DNA of 64,000 nucleotides. Origin: Azolla caroliniana. Lineage: Eukaryota > Plantae > Polypodiophyta. The first letter of the stretch is position 1. Each line of letters opens with the position of its first letter. Positions 1-13,264 of the stretch are shown in pieces. The translations under genes were made by a program, and so were the position numbers. Where the stretch lies: positions 3,038,001 through 3,102,000 of the forward strand of contig JBHGNT010000018.1 in the NCBI GenBank assembly GCA_043228905.1, in the 5' to 3' direction. The notes beneath the pieces were generated by a model. It searched no databases. It had not been told where the DNA came from and saw only the letters and a program-made list of their open reading frames with translations.

Positions 1-196
1 TTTTGCCAACCATAATTCTCTCTTGTTGGCCATCATACCTTCATCTACGGTCTAATTTATTTGTAAATAAAGGAGCAAGAAATGATTACTTCATTAATAA
101 CAAAAGGAAACTATATTTTTCCTTTTTTTCCGAAATGGTTTATATTATGTCTAAAGTGATTTAAATGATAAATGGACACTTCCAAATATTCCTAAT

Positions 197-395
197 AACT
201 CCATCATGAATTTTTTACCATTTTCAATTGCTCTTAGGCTGCCATAGACATTCATTATTGCACTACATTTTGCATACATATCTACCAAAGCATTGCTAAG
301 TACAATACACCATGTTTTTCTAGCAATCCCTTGTTGATGATCTCCTCGTGAACTTCCTTTCCCCTTATCAACTGCTTGTACATGGCCACATGCCT
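197..395 (-). pseudogene. Degenerate PLS-class pentatricopeptide-repeat (PPR) gene fragment
   Basis: Minus strand reads, with frameshifts, ACGHVQAVDKGKEVHEEIINKGLLEKH..SNALVDMYAKC followed by VYGSLRAIENGKK.HDG. This matches the PLS-PPR consensus ACG.IGA.DKG..IH..I...GL......NALVDMYAKCG. No intact ORF. Confidence 0.7.
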
Positions 396-1958
396 CATGT
401 CGGTGGAGGGAAACTATATTTTTCTTGGATCTGGGAAGTTTACATATAATAGAATCACGTCGTATTCAATCACAATGCTCATTCATACCGTGAGTCAATT
501 TAAATGGTGTACTCTTGACTAACAAATTGATGAAGATGCTAGCATTTGATTTTGTCAAATTAGTTTACCCTCATTAGCCCCATTCTATAAAAAAACCACA
601 ACATGCGTAGATTGGGATCATATATTTTATCTTCATTACAAATACACAAATATTTTATGAGGCTTAGTGAGGTATGGATCTAAGACAAAGACAAAGCCAA
701 AGAAAAAACAAACAATTGAAAGAAAGAAAAAAAGAAAAGTAGTCTAAACATACTTGAGGAAAACATGACAAAACATTTCGTGTTCTTATATCATCACAAC
801 GATGTATTCCATATAAAATAAAAATGGAGTGGAGGCAACACATTGGTGACACGACTATTTTCAATATGAGAATACCAATTTGAGACCAACCGAGATATTT
901 AGGGGACTATGAGTGTCAACAAAGATTGTGCAGTTTTAAAGATCATCTTGCAATCGTTGTCGAGGAGTGATGTTATTTACTTTCCAAAGTGCGTGGCTTT
1001 AGAATACATGCATACAAACATCATGGACTTGGCATGCTATATTTGAAAATGGATAGAAAACTTTAAAATCTTAACAACAAAGGGATATAATGGGGATTCG
1101 GGAATAGTAAATGTGAAATAATATGAACAATTGGATTAGAGCTTGTAATTAGGATGCCGTACACATGCTACATTTTACGTGCGTAAAATAAACATTTATA
1201 TAGTGATATTGTGCACAATGTGTAATAAAAGATCAAATATCAAGATTGTAGGGACATTGGTGGGTATCTCAAGCCTATCACACAACCAAATTATTGTTGC
1301 AAAGAGCTTGAAATCAACAATTGATATATTATGGATCTTCGCATCTGTTTATTGCCTCACATAAGTGATCAACTATTGACCTTAAATTGGTGTTATTGAC
1401 GAGTCAGAAATTTAGGAAGATGTTCCTAATGATCTAGGAGACACTTTAAATGATGGGGTCTCTAGACAATAACCATTGTGCTCCCTTTATCCAAACAAAA
1501 CCACATCATCTCACCAAGCAAACAGGTTATAATGTACTAGAAAAACATACCAAAAGCCCCACATAATAAACATTTATCACAGGATGCGATACTTTAAGTT
1601 AGCTTGACCAATTGATGGACATAAAGGTAAGCTACTACTCCATTAGCACACCATGCTCAAAGACAAAACAAACTACTCTCCATCAACGAGACATCAATGT
1701 GATGAATGCGCAATCGCATTATGGATCCAAAGCCCGAACCCTAACTACTGTTTTGCGACACAACACGAGAAACAATGTGCTCGGATCGAAGATGACCATG
1801 GCCGAAATCCTTGGTTGGCACCAGGGTCTCGAGACCCACCAGAACCCCTTTCCTTTTGTCAGGATCATCTGCTCTCTGTGCCACACTCCTAAGGCGTGTC
1901 AAGGTCTCGAGAGACTCACAAGTATGTACGCAAGAAGTTCATGTTCGTCCTTCTGGGC

Positions 1959-2044
1959 TTATAAATACATACAAGTAAATATGTGAGTATCAATTAGGTT
2001 TTATAAATACATACAAGTAAATATGTGAGTATCAATTAGGTTTT
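1959..2044. repeat. Perfect ~43-bp tandem duplication upstream of the BT1 gene
   Basis: ataaatacatacaagtaaatatgtgagtatcaattaggtttt occurs twice head-to-tail. Confidence 0.9.
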
Positions 2045-2158
2045 TAGGTCCCCAGAGGCTTTGTGGGCGATTTGGTCACACAGTGGTATGTGGGCGATTT
2101 GATCTGTATACACTGACTGATACTACACACACGTCTGTAACTGAAGAAATCATTTGAA

Positions 2159-4910
2159 ATGGCTTTCTGGGTTCCTTGGATCAAGCCTCTCGAGCTCATC
2201 TATGGCCTTCCTCTGCTACATCTTGTTTCCCTGGGCTACTTTGTCCAAGGCTTCAGATGCTTCCCTTGGTTTGCCGTCAATTTCTTCTTGAAAGATGCCC
2301 TCTCCGTCGATCCATGGACGCTGCAGATCGTCCAGAGCACCGTGAACCTGCCCATGGTGGCTAAACCCCTCTATGGTATCATCTCTGATACCATCTACAT
2401 CAAAGGGGCTCATCGAGTTCCATACCTTGGCTTGGGAGGTAAAACAAAGGCATCCTTCATCTGGTCCTCTCTCCAATTTCTTCTTCTTTTTGTTTTTTAA
2501 ACGCCTGTTTTGTTCTTTGTTGGATTCTTTTTATTAAGAATACATATGTCATACATGCCCTAAACCCTAAACACATATATATGCATACATACAGGCACAC
2601 ACACATGAATGTCATACACCCTACACACATATTGCTCATGTACAAGAATGCCACATGTGCCCTTATACAGTCATGATGTCACCTATATGTACTTGTATGC
2701 CTACGCTGACAAGTACATTTATATCATATGCATTAGACCGACATATCACGCATATTCATGAATCCCATATGCTCCTCTTATGCCCTAAACCCACATATGT
2801 GCCTTTGTACTAGTATTCTGTCACTTACACATACATGTATGCCTATGCCTACAAGCACATTCATGTCATATGGCACACATACATGAATGCCATATGTGCC
2901 TCATGTGTCCGAAACCCACATATGTGCCCTTGTATGCTGTCTTCTACACATACATGTATGCATATACCTACAAGGACATATATGTCATATGCTCTAGATA
3001 CACATACATGAATGCTGTATGTGCCCATATGCCCTAAACCCACAATTGTGCCATGTGCTGGTATGCTGTCACCTACACATACATTTATGCCTATACCTAC
3101 AAGTACATTATGTCATATACCCTAGACACTCATATGGCATTCATACATGAATGCTGTATGTGTCTCATATGCACTAAACCCACATATGTACCCATGTGCA
3201 GGTATGCTGTCACATACATTCATACATACACCTGCAAGGACATCTATGTCACATGTCCTAAACCCACATATTTCACAATGTAGCGTAACTGGAATTGTCT
3301 TGTGAAATATCTGTAAGCTTTCTTGAGGATGGTTTGCTTCATTATTAGCAGTTGCTTGATAAGACATTGCTACCGCTTTCAACGCTTGGGTTGCAGAACT
3401 GTAATGTTGCTCTTTAGGAGAGAAATATTGTACTATTTATAGCATAATGATCTCAAAGTCGCAATATGAAATATGAATAATGAGTTGAAAGTTGTGGGAC
3501 TTGAAATTGTAATGCCATTCTTAGTGATTGTCAGTGTATCTTGAGCCGCGGAGAGTAAATTTATAAAGGCGTTTTTAGGCGAAAACGTGTTTGTTAAATG
3601 TTAGAGCTCTAATTGGAATATATGAAGGAAGGTACTTGCACATTGTGTTTTAGCGTATAATGTCCTGTTTACAAAGATGATGGCTGTGGAAAACCCTCTT
3701 CTTGTTTCCAGGACTTCTACAAGCAGTCTCATGGGGTGCCATTGTATACATAGGGGCCTCTTCCGTATCTACGATTGCAATTCTTCTTGCATTAAGTAAC
3801 ATGGGAGCTTCTATGGTAGATGTTGTGAACGATGCCCTTGTGGCTGAATGTTCCAAGAAGAAGAGGTCGAATGGTGAACTTCAATCTTTTGCATGGTTAT
3901 TCACAGCCTCTGGTGGAGTCCTCGGCCATTTAATGGCTTCTCTTGCCCTAGGTTGGGTTGATTACAAGCTCATATTTTGTCTGTATGGTTTACTTCTCTT
4001 GTTTCAAATTGTGAAATCCATTTCGGTTGACGAAGCATCATTAGGAGTTAGATCATCTCCTTATATTGAGAAGAAGAACCAAATGGTCTCAGAGATCTCA
4101 ATGCCAAAACGCTCAACCAAGCTCCTTTCGAGCCCGATATCATCAGGCACAATTACATGTGAAGAAGAATTAGAGAATTCCAGCATGTCGGAATCTATGG
4201 TGCCTGAAGAAGAGGAGCATGTAAAAGTGATTGGAATAAAGCAACAATTCTCCGACCTTGCTAATCTTATGAAGAGAGCAGACATATCATATCCCATGGC
4301 ATGGTTTGTTGCTTCCTATGCTTGCATTCCGACTTTGGGGGGAACAATGTTTTACTTCCAAACACAACATTTGAAGATAAGCCCATTTGTGATAGGCCTA
4401 GGGAAGGTGTTGGGTCAATTGGGATTGATGGTTGGAAGCCTTTTTTATAGCCAATATTTGAAGGGCACATCATTGAGGAAGTTGTTGGGGTCAGTACAAG
4501 TTGTGCTATCGTTGTGTGTGCTTTCTGATATACTTCTAGTGAACAGAGTGAATGTGATATTAGGGATTCCAGATGCATGTTTTGTGCTCGGGGCTTCAAC
4601 ATTGATCGATTCAATAAATCAATTTAAGATATTGCCATTCACAGTATTGCTGGCTCAATTGTGTCCGCGTGGGAAAGAAGGCTCTTTATTCGCCGCTTTT
4701 ATGTCTGTCCAATGCTTGGCCACCATTATGAGTGGGTATTCTGGGGTCATGCTCGCATCTGTGCTCAATATTTCATCACATGATTTCTCTAATCTCCCTC
4801 TAGGGATATGTGTGCAATCCATGGCTACTTTGCTTCCACTCATATGGATGTCCTACATTCCCGAAGGCAAAGTTGGCACCTTGGAATCTAGGGTTGGAAA
4901 AAGGACATGA
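2159..4910 (+). CDS. Folate-biopterin transporter (BT1 family, MFS), 2 exons, ~492 aa
   Basis: Exons 2159-2438 and 3712-4910; phase-1 GT-AG intron (ggag|gtaaaa ... ttccag|ga). BT1 motifs: LGYFVQGFRCFPW, NLPMVAKPLYGIISD..YI.GAHRVPY, DVVNDALVAE, GELQS, FKILPF.VL.AQLCP.G.EGSLFA.FMS. Multiple TM segments. Confidence 0.93.
2540..3275. repeat. Degenerate ~125-140-bp tandem repeat in BT1 intron
   Basis: The motif (g)ccctaaacccacatatgtgcc recurs at about 2558, 2782, 2910, 3031, 3171 and 3256, with CA/TA-rich spacers. Confidence 0.75.
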
Positions 4911-5440
4911 ACAATATAGAACCTTTGTACATGTTTATGATATTTTCTATTGGCCATGTTGGAAAAGGGCATAAAACATATGCACCTTGACCTTCTAGTG
5001 ATGTGTTTTGCAAATCTAGAGCATGTTTTCTTTTGAACATAATGAATACACTTGGCAATGGAAGAGAAGATGATGTTTTATGGTTCATGACCAATTCGCT
5101 AAATGGATACGTGCATCGCCAAATGTATACATAGCTAGATTGCTGAAAAAGAAATTATAGCTACTTTAATAATAATGATGATGATGCTGATAAATTATTG
5201 TTCTCTAAGGACCCAATTGATCAATCCAAGGGACCTCCCAACAATGAATGGAATCCCATTTCTAAAGTGTTGGGTTTTGATGGGATTTTATTTCCTATTT
5301 TCCATCCTGCCCCTCCTATGGAAGTAGTGCGCATGCATAGTCTAGACTTCTAGAATGTGCAAATAGACATGAATTTGAGAACATGAAAATTTGTCACCAA
5401 GAACATAATTATGTTGGGCTTGTGCTTTTTATCCCAAGGT

Positions 5441-5755
5441 ATCAACATTATTTAAAAACTTCTTTGTATGTTTGTAAACCCTAAACCCCTTTAAATTTTC
5501 TTGGACGAGGTGCGATTGTTTTCCGCATGAAAGGGTTTGAATCACAATGGTATCACAAAAAACCATAGCTATGAATACATAAAAAAGCCATGGCTATGAT
5601 CCATAAAGAAGCCATAAGTATAATCCATAATCAACATTTAAAAAACTTCTTTGTGTTTTTCTAAACCCTATGAAACTTCTTGGATAGGGTCTAATTGTTT
5701 TCCACATGAAAGGGCTTGTACCACAATGCTGTCAAAAAACCATACCTATGATTGG
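5441..5755. repeat. Diverged ~190-bp direct duplication
   Basis: atcaacatt..tttaaaaacttctttgt...ttgttttcc.catgaaaggg.ttg at ~5441 and ~5630. Confidence 0.7.
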
Positions 5756-7254
5756 TAATCTCTCTTGTATCATGGTTATGTGATTTGCATGAGGGTCCAA
5801 TAGATGGTTCCTTGTTTGTGTGTTTTGCAAGTGCTCAAATTGTTATCTGGTATGCTAGATCAATTAATTTATTCTAGTGTATAATCCTCTATGTGGTTTA
5901 CACCCATTTGCTAATTTCTAAGCGAAAGATGGTGACGGTTTTGCAAATGATAATGACATTGTGTATTTTTTCCTAAATATTTCTATAGAATGGGGCCTTC
6001 ACCTTGTTCCCCTCTTGTACATATATCCTAGTGAAGTGAAAATTTCAATCTTGGCATTCGCATATGCACATACACACAAACATGAGTGCATGGACCACCC
6101 CTTCCATCCTTCAAAAATGATGGCATATTGCATATTTTCCTTATATTTCAATACAGTGGTGCCTTTGCCCTTCTCTCTCTTGTACACACATCCTAGTGAA
6201 TTCTTTAGGTTGGGCATCGTGTGCACACATGCACAGCCTTGTGTGCATCTGCCCTGCAACAATGTTACTTATATCGAGACAAATTGACCATCAATTAAAA
6301 TCAATGAATGACAAAAACTTGATCAAATCAATGAATGCAAATGCAACCATTTTTTTAAAGCTTGATTTCTCATAATGACGATTGCAAAAGTTAGTTTATC
6401 ACAAATGAATTGCTTAATGATCAACTATTTAAGTTATTTAACTTTTTAAATGGGTTATTTAATTGATTCTAGTGTATGTGTTCTAATAAGTTGAACAATC
6501 AAAGTAATTTAGCTTTTGTATGATGCCTATGTGTATACATATACAAATTTACTATATCTTAATCCACACTTCTTTTGGGGCGAAATGATCTTCTTTTAGC
6601 ATGTTTTTGAGATTCTCCATGACTATAATGATACCGAAAGTTGATATGAAATGACATCATAAAGTTCAAGAGACACGTAACACATAATAACTTTTTATAA
6701 AGCAAAAAGTGATGAAGATTTTTCATTGAAGCCTTTATGCTATTTTGGTGATTAATAATAGCTCATATAAACACATAAGCATGCCTATTATAGGAGATCA
6801 AAATTGTCATAATTACCTTGCCAGCAATTGTACTTTTTATGATTCACTCTATTTTTCCTTCTTGTTTTATCTTGCATACATACACTCTAGTAAGTAATGG
6901 AAAGCCTTTTCTTTTAGAGCCATGTTGATTTCTACCAAGAATGAGCTTGTGATCATACAAAACATGAATATAATTTAGCAATGATTTTTTGGGGTTGAAC
7001 GATTTAATTAAATGAAGGATATACATGACGAAATCTCGATACATTTGTTGAAATGCTTGAATATTTGATCATACGGAAGTAGATTTGTGCGATGATCTTA
7101 GGACCACTAAAAGGTCCAACTTTGATATAACCATGAGCTTGAGTGCAATTCCAGGACGCTTTGAAAATCTATAGTCACATGTGAAAATATTAGCTTCATA
7201 ATAGCATAATAATTCTCACGTGATGTGTGAAGAAAAAAAACGTCAAAATCATCT

Positions 7255-7590
7255 ATCTAGAGGGCCATAATATTGGCATATGGTTTTGCCTTTATACTGA
7301 AGAAAAAAAAGATGAACACTTACACATGCGCACATTGAAATGATCAACCTAAAGGTCTTAATACTGGCATATGGTTTTGTCTTTATATTGAAGAAAAAGG
7401 AGATGAATACTTGCAAGTGTGCACATTGAAATGATCAACCTAAAGGTCATAGTATCAGCATATGGTTTTGCCTCTATATTGAAGAAAAAGAAGGTGAATG
7501 CTTACACACACGCATTAAAATCCTCAATGTAGAGATCATAGTATTGGCATTTAGTTTTCACTTTACATAAAAGAAAAAGAAGCTAATCAT
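7255..7590. repeat. ~90-bp tandem repeat, about 4 diverged copies
   Basis: Recurrent ggcatatggttttg..tttata.tgaagaaaaa...cacattgaaatgatcaacctaaagg. Confidence 0.8.
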
Positions 7591-8749
7591 GCGCCCACAG
7601 ACACTACTACTTAAAAGACGAGTCATGAGACCTGCCTTTCTCCCACAATCCAATGAACATGATAATAAAAGGAAAATTTCCAAGATTGTATCAATGTGAA
7701 AGCTCAATTTAAATTGTACCACATGATTTGGAACTTGATGGATTTCCGCGATTTTTATTGAGATTGTTAGGTGAAATACGAATATCCTACCAGATCATGA
7801 AGGCATAAGCATTTTGCTCAAATTAAACATTCGTGTAGTACTAAGTAGTATGGCCTTTCTCCTTATTTGCATACGAAGCTATACAACTTAAAACTAGTTA
7901 CTTATCAAAACAAAAAAATGTTCATAACAAAACCTTTGTTGATTGTGTTCTTTATGAAGCATCACTTGGATCTACTGACTCCATCTTTGGGCGTATTATA
8001 TAACCATACTATCGGAATTCATTACCATATAAAATATGTTTTGTCCCCACAACCTCCAAGAGGGTTAATACTCAATTATTTATCTTCAAAGAGAAAAGCG
8101 TCACGTGAGTACAAAATTATTGAAGAGAATGAGGTAAAGGGGGTACACATTAATTTCGCAATGAAATTTGGCCAAATGGGATGGCTGATATTGGTTCCAT
8201 GTTGTGAAGATGGGGCTTACTTCAAATGACACGCAAAATCCAAAGAGACTTTGATAACAACATGTTTTCATTTCACGAGACTCAGAGGATTGAGCCAAGC
8301 TTCTATTGAGGAGACGCGATCAAAGTTGTGTATTTGCCCATAGACAAAATTCCCTTGAAATCAATGCCTTGAATACATCTCAACAATTGATGATAATGAC
8401 ATCTCCATCTATAGAAATGGTTGCTTGGTGAATCAAGACAAGCATCGATAGCGACATCTCGATCAAAAGAAATGAGACCGATCGGCGATTTCCAGAGAGT
8501 CAAAAGACAATTGAAAGTTCGGGTGACAGAAAAGGCTCATATATGGCATGCGATAAACACCATGGGTTCGATAACAAAGGGCACACAACGACATGTGACG
8601 ATAAGCAAGCAGAGGAGAAGGCAAAGAAAGTGTTGGGTTGTCGAGAACACAATGCGAAGCAAGTAAAAGGAGGCTAGGCTCTCAAGGTGTCAGTCTTGCT
8701 CTGTTTTTGGTTTCGGTCCGTGAAGGACAAAGGAAGGGCATGGGCAAGA

Positions 8750-9252
8750 GATTTTGATCAAATTAGATTGTCTACTTGCCTTGCCTTGCCTAGGATGTGG
8801 AATCGGCAATGGCTCGGCTCAAGCCTTAAACCGAATCGGTAAACCGTTTTTTAATGGTTTTATGGTTTGGTTTAGGCTTGAGCATCCTTAACCGGTTTGA
8901 GCTTGATTTGGGATGTCTCAATTTGATCGAATTAGATTGTCTACTTGCCTTGCCTTGCCTTGCCTTGCCCTGCCTGGGATGTGGAATTGGCAATGGCTCG
9001 GCTCAAGCCTTAAACCGAACTGGTAAACCGTTTTGGAATGGTTTTGTGGTTTGGTTTAAGCTTGAGCGTCCTTAACCAGTTTGAGCTAGATTTGGGATGC
9101 TCAAGCCGAACCGAACCGAACCAATTTGGGACAAACTGGTTAAGGCTTAATCGGCTTGGCCAAACCGGTGAAGGCTTAATCGGCCATGAAACCTTCCTTT
9201 TGTAAACTCCCAAACCGGCAAACCAGTGAAGCCGAAACCGAACCGTTGGCAT
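8750..9252. mobile_element. MITE-like element with AACCG/CGGTT subterminal motifs and a duplicated left part
   Basis: 8751-8920 is repeated at 8920-9100. Imperfect terminal inverted repeats ggcaatggctcggctc (8989) and gaaaccgaaccgttggc (9234-9250). Many aaccg/cggtt motifs. Confidence 0.55.
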
Positions 9253-9672
9253 CATGGATGGAGGAGGGTTTTTGGGGGTGGGGGGAGTTGCTATATTTTG
9301 GAAGGACGCCCAAAATAGGTCCCAACTATAAAATTGGGGATATATCGACAAGAATGGGGCTACAGAATAGAAAAAGAAGAAGATAAGATAATGCAGAGAG
9401 AGAGAGAGAGAGAGGGAGACAGAGAGAGAGATGGATATTTGGGCAAGTGGGCAAATAGAGCCCCCGAAATAGAAGAGACCCCCCCGCCCATTAAAGTGCA
9501 GAATCCACATTTTGTGGGCGATGGTGACAGTGACATTGACAGTTCCAGAAAGCCAATGATTTCTTCTTCATTCTCCTGCTTCACATCCCTTCATCTTCTC
9601 CTTTCTTTCTTGTTTTTCTCCTTCCATGCCCATTAGTGTAGCCTCTAGTCCGTCCTTTGCATCTCTTATGCG

Positions 9673-10978
9673 ATGGAAATCCAAGTGTTTTATGTGAGAA
9701 TGAGTTGCCCATGTCTTGAAAAAGCTCCTCAATCCCTCACAATCAGATGTGGGAATTCTAATAGTAGCACTCATAACAACAGCAATGGTGGGCTCAATTC
9801 AAGTCTAGAGATCAATAGAGCAAAAATCTTCCCTTCACAAATGGGTGTTTCTTTAACATTAAGAAGAGATAGAATGGATGCAGATTCAGCTGAGGCTATA
9901 TATGTCTGCACAGACATGGTGAGAACTTCCGATTCATTCCCTTTCTTCATATGTGATGATCAAGAAGAGACTCTTGTATGTGCAAACATCAAAAGGTCAT
10001 GTAACTATGGGACTCCTTCAATATCTAAGATGTCCAATAACTGGTCTTTGGAATGTAGTTATGTTTCTTCTTCTTCTTCAAAAGCACAATTTTGTAATGG
10101 TAATGGGCTTCTTAATGTGAGGGCAGAGGGTGATAATATCTCTTGTATGGAGATATGCGTGGCGGGCCGGGATTCAAACCACAACTCTCCAGTTATTTTA
10201 AGCAGCACCTTACAACTTATCAGCACAAGGAGGGTTGCAAGGCATTGTAGAAGGAATAGTTATAGTACTCTAGATGTCATACTTGAACATGATGAAAACG
10301 AGAATGATGCTGATAATGGTGATGGTTATGATGTTTTTGGCTATGAATCTTCAAAGGAAGGTTTCATGGTGGATTCCAATCTTTCAAGACAGGTACTTGC
10401 CCTTTCATTTTGCTTTTCTTTAACTGAAGCTCGCACATAAGCATTTGGTGGGCATTTTTAGCACAATTAAGTTTTCTAGGTATTTTCAAACATTCGATTT
10501 TGGGCGTTTTCATATAAATTTTGTGCATTCCATACACTACAAGAAAATTTGGGCATTTCCATACAATAAGGTTTGTCCTAGTTTTGGGCATATTTTTTGC
10601 CCAACTCAGGTTTGGGCGCATTTACCACATAATAAGCCTCGAAACTTGAAAATGATCACATTTCACGCTATATATCATCATAGCATTGCAGTAGTTGTCT
10701 TCCACTCTATTCCATTGATTTGTTTCCATGGGAATTAGGTTGAAGAGCACATGTTCTACCGAGAATTGGATCTTACATCAACTCCACCTTTGGGTTTCTA
10801 CCGACAAGGTGCCTATTTTGAGGCCGACGATGATGGTGAACTCAGTTGGTTTAACACTGGCGTAAGAGTGGGTGTTGGCATAGGCTTGGGTATGTGTGTG
10901 GGTATCGGAGTTGGTGTTGGTCTTTTGATGAGAGGCTATCAAGCAACTACCAAAACCCTGAAAAGGAGACTATTATAA
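9673..10978 (+). CDS. At1g01500-like uncharacterised plant protein with C-terminal Gly-rich TM tail, 2 exons, ~319 aa
   Basis: Exons 9673-10392 and 10739-10978; phase-0 GT-AG intron. Motifs E..VFYVR, LEIN, LTLRRDR.D..S.E..YV.TD.VR, PVIL..T.Q, and DGELSWFN.GVRVGVGIGLGMC.GIG.GVGLLMR.YQATT..L.RRLL. Confidence 0.88.
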
Positions 10979-11469
10979 GTCTATAGTTTGAATATTTGTT
11001 CTACATAATGGGCTAGATGCTTTGTTTTAGATGCTTGTATGATCTCGAGGTTCCTTGAATGTTTTTGCTTATGTCAAAGAACAGATGGCATAAGTTATGG
11101 GAAAAGATTGGCTTAGTGCAAGAGATTGTTCTATAGCTCTTTGTCAAGGGGGCTAAACACCAAAACAAGTTCGATGCCATGGTTCAATTCCATTTTATTT
11201 ACACTCTTCTTACCTTCTTCCAATATGCACTTTCCATTTCAGTGTATGTAGATATCATGTTTGGTCTCATCCATTAATTGTCATATTGTCTGATTTGTAT
11301 TTATATAGAATCCCTGTTGATGATTTCACCATGCAACGATAGAAACTTGACCACTGAGTAATGTTACTTATTTATGATAGGACAAGGTTAGTAAGTAGAA
11401 TTAATTTCTTTGAAATTCTCCAAACATGAACAATGAGGCAAATCGATGTCGAAAACTCCTGCTTGGTTG

Positions 11470-11716
11470 GTTATGATGAATAGCAGAGAAGATAATTGCG
11501 AGGATTTTTTATGATGCTCTCGTTTTAGCTTAGGTTTTTTAGGATTAAAATCTCACCCAAGCTTTATTATCCTAATATAGATCTGTTTGGATAATGATGA
11601 GCTTCTAAGCTCTATCTATGATGAATAACAGAGAAGATAATTGCTATCAATTTTTATGATGTTCTAGTTTTGTATTCGGATTTTTAGGATTAAAATCTCA
11701 CCCAAGCTTTATTATC
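11470..11716. repeat. ~143-bp direct duplication
   Basis: tatgatgaata.cagagaagataattgc ... ttttaggattaaaatctcacccaagctttattatc occurs twice. Confidence 0.8.
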
Positions 11717-11926
11717 ATTTGCAAATAAGACACTAAAAAAATAAAAATAGTCATTCTAGTATTTATTAGTGCTAGGTTTGAAACTGATAGCATTCTGATG
11801 TTTATCATTAATCATAGTACATGAACCAATTTTGGAATGGAGAAATAATAATGGCCATTCAGATCTTAAAGATTTTTCCGTCGATGCATTGCAACCATCC
11901 ATGGAATTATAAAAAGAGCTAAAACT

Positions 11927-12358
11927 TTATAACCATCGAAGGTAATAAAAAGTGCCAACTTTGTTCATTCTCTAAACCCAAAGGATATATGTGAGAGTTG
12001 GAACACTATCTCAATACAAGTATACGGAATATCTTGCTTCCACTGCATTCTCCTTTTGTAAATGAGGAATTTAACCATCGAAGGTAATAAAAAGAACCAA
12101 CTTTGTTCATTCTCTAAACCCAACGGATATATGTGAGAGGTGGTACACTATCTCAATACAAGCATACAGAATATATTGCTTCCACTCCATTCTCCTTTTC
12201 TAACTGAGGAATTATAACCATCAAAGGTAATAAAAAGTGCCAGCTTTGTTCATTCTCTAAACCCAAAGGATATACGTGAGAGGTGGAACACTATCTCAAT
12301 ACAAGTATAAAGAATATCTTGCTTCCACTGCATTCTCCTTTTCCAAATGAGGAATTAT
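11927..12358. repeat. Three tandem copies of a ~143-bp unit
   Basis: Unit begins taaccatcgaaggtaataaaaag at ~11930, ~12072 and ~12215; copies are highly similar. Confidence 0.92.
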
Positions 12359-13264
12359 ATGATGTAATAGATGTTAATAGATAGTTGACTAGGGCAGCTG
12401 ATTGTGCCTGCATTATGATGAGAAGTGACATCCTGTGCACTTTGAATGTAGGCATGGTGTGTTACCTGAATATCGAGGAGGAAAAAGAGCCTGCACTATC
12501 TCAATGTACTTTTGGTATGGAACGCATCATAACTCATACGGATGTAACAAGATAAAATGATGGCAAGATCACCGCCAACAATGACATTAGGCAACCTCCT
12601 TGTCACAAAACCAAACTCATGAGGGACCTAAACAATAAAATTCAGCTACTAGTTCACTGCATTTTAACTCATTTTTCTTCTTCTTTTCCCACCCTACCCA
12701 ATTGAAAGTACTTTGCAATGACTATTTGCCGCGTGGGTCATATTGCTTTCTTGTCATAATATACAAAAAACCATTCAAGTCCCTATGATAAGTGGACAAT
12801 GTGATACTAGTTAACATAACGCAACTCCCATGAGGATTAGAACTTAGATGTGAGAACTACCAAACCAATTTTCCTTTCAACCTACATACATATCACGGTA
12901 TATACCATTGGGACCATCAAAGAAGAACTTGTTTCTCATACTTCAATTGGAACATAAAACGCAACTAGTTGCTCAAAGAAATAATATTTCATCATGGAAC
13001 CGTAGTTTACAAGAGAATATCGTTTCAAAGAAGTGTATACTACTAAGAGAAAGCTATTGACTTAAAAACTTTATACACACATAAGCTTCTGATACCACAT
13101 CAGGAAAAAATGTTTTCAATGACATGTCTGAAATGTTAAGTTTCACAGCAATCCTTATCTAGCAGTAAGGAAATTTTTATGCCTGAAATGGTACAATGCT
13201 GACTTAGTGGGTACTTAAGAAACAATGTGGATTCTATGAGTTGAACTAGTTTTCCTCTAGCAAC

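Noticed and set aside
1824-1837. 14-bp palindrome gggtctcgagaccc
   Set aside because: A single short palindrome is plausible by chance in 64 kb; no supporting context.
9334-9636. Upstream in-frame extension of the At1g01500-like gene
   Set aside because: Same frame but separated by two TAG codons; largely (AG)n-derived; no supporting splice sites identified.
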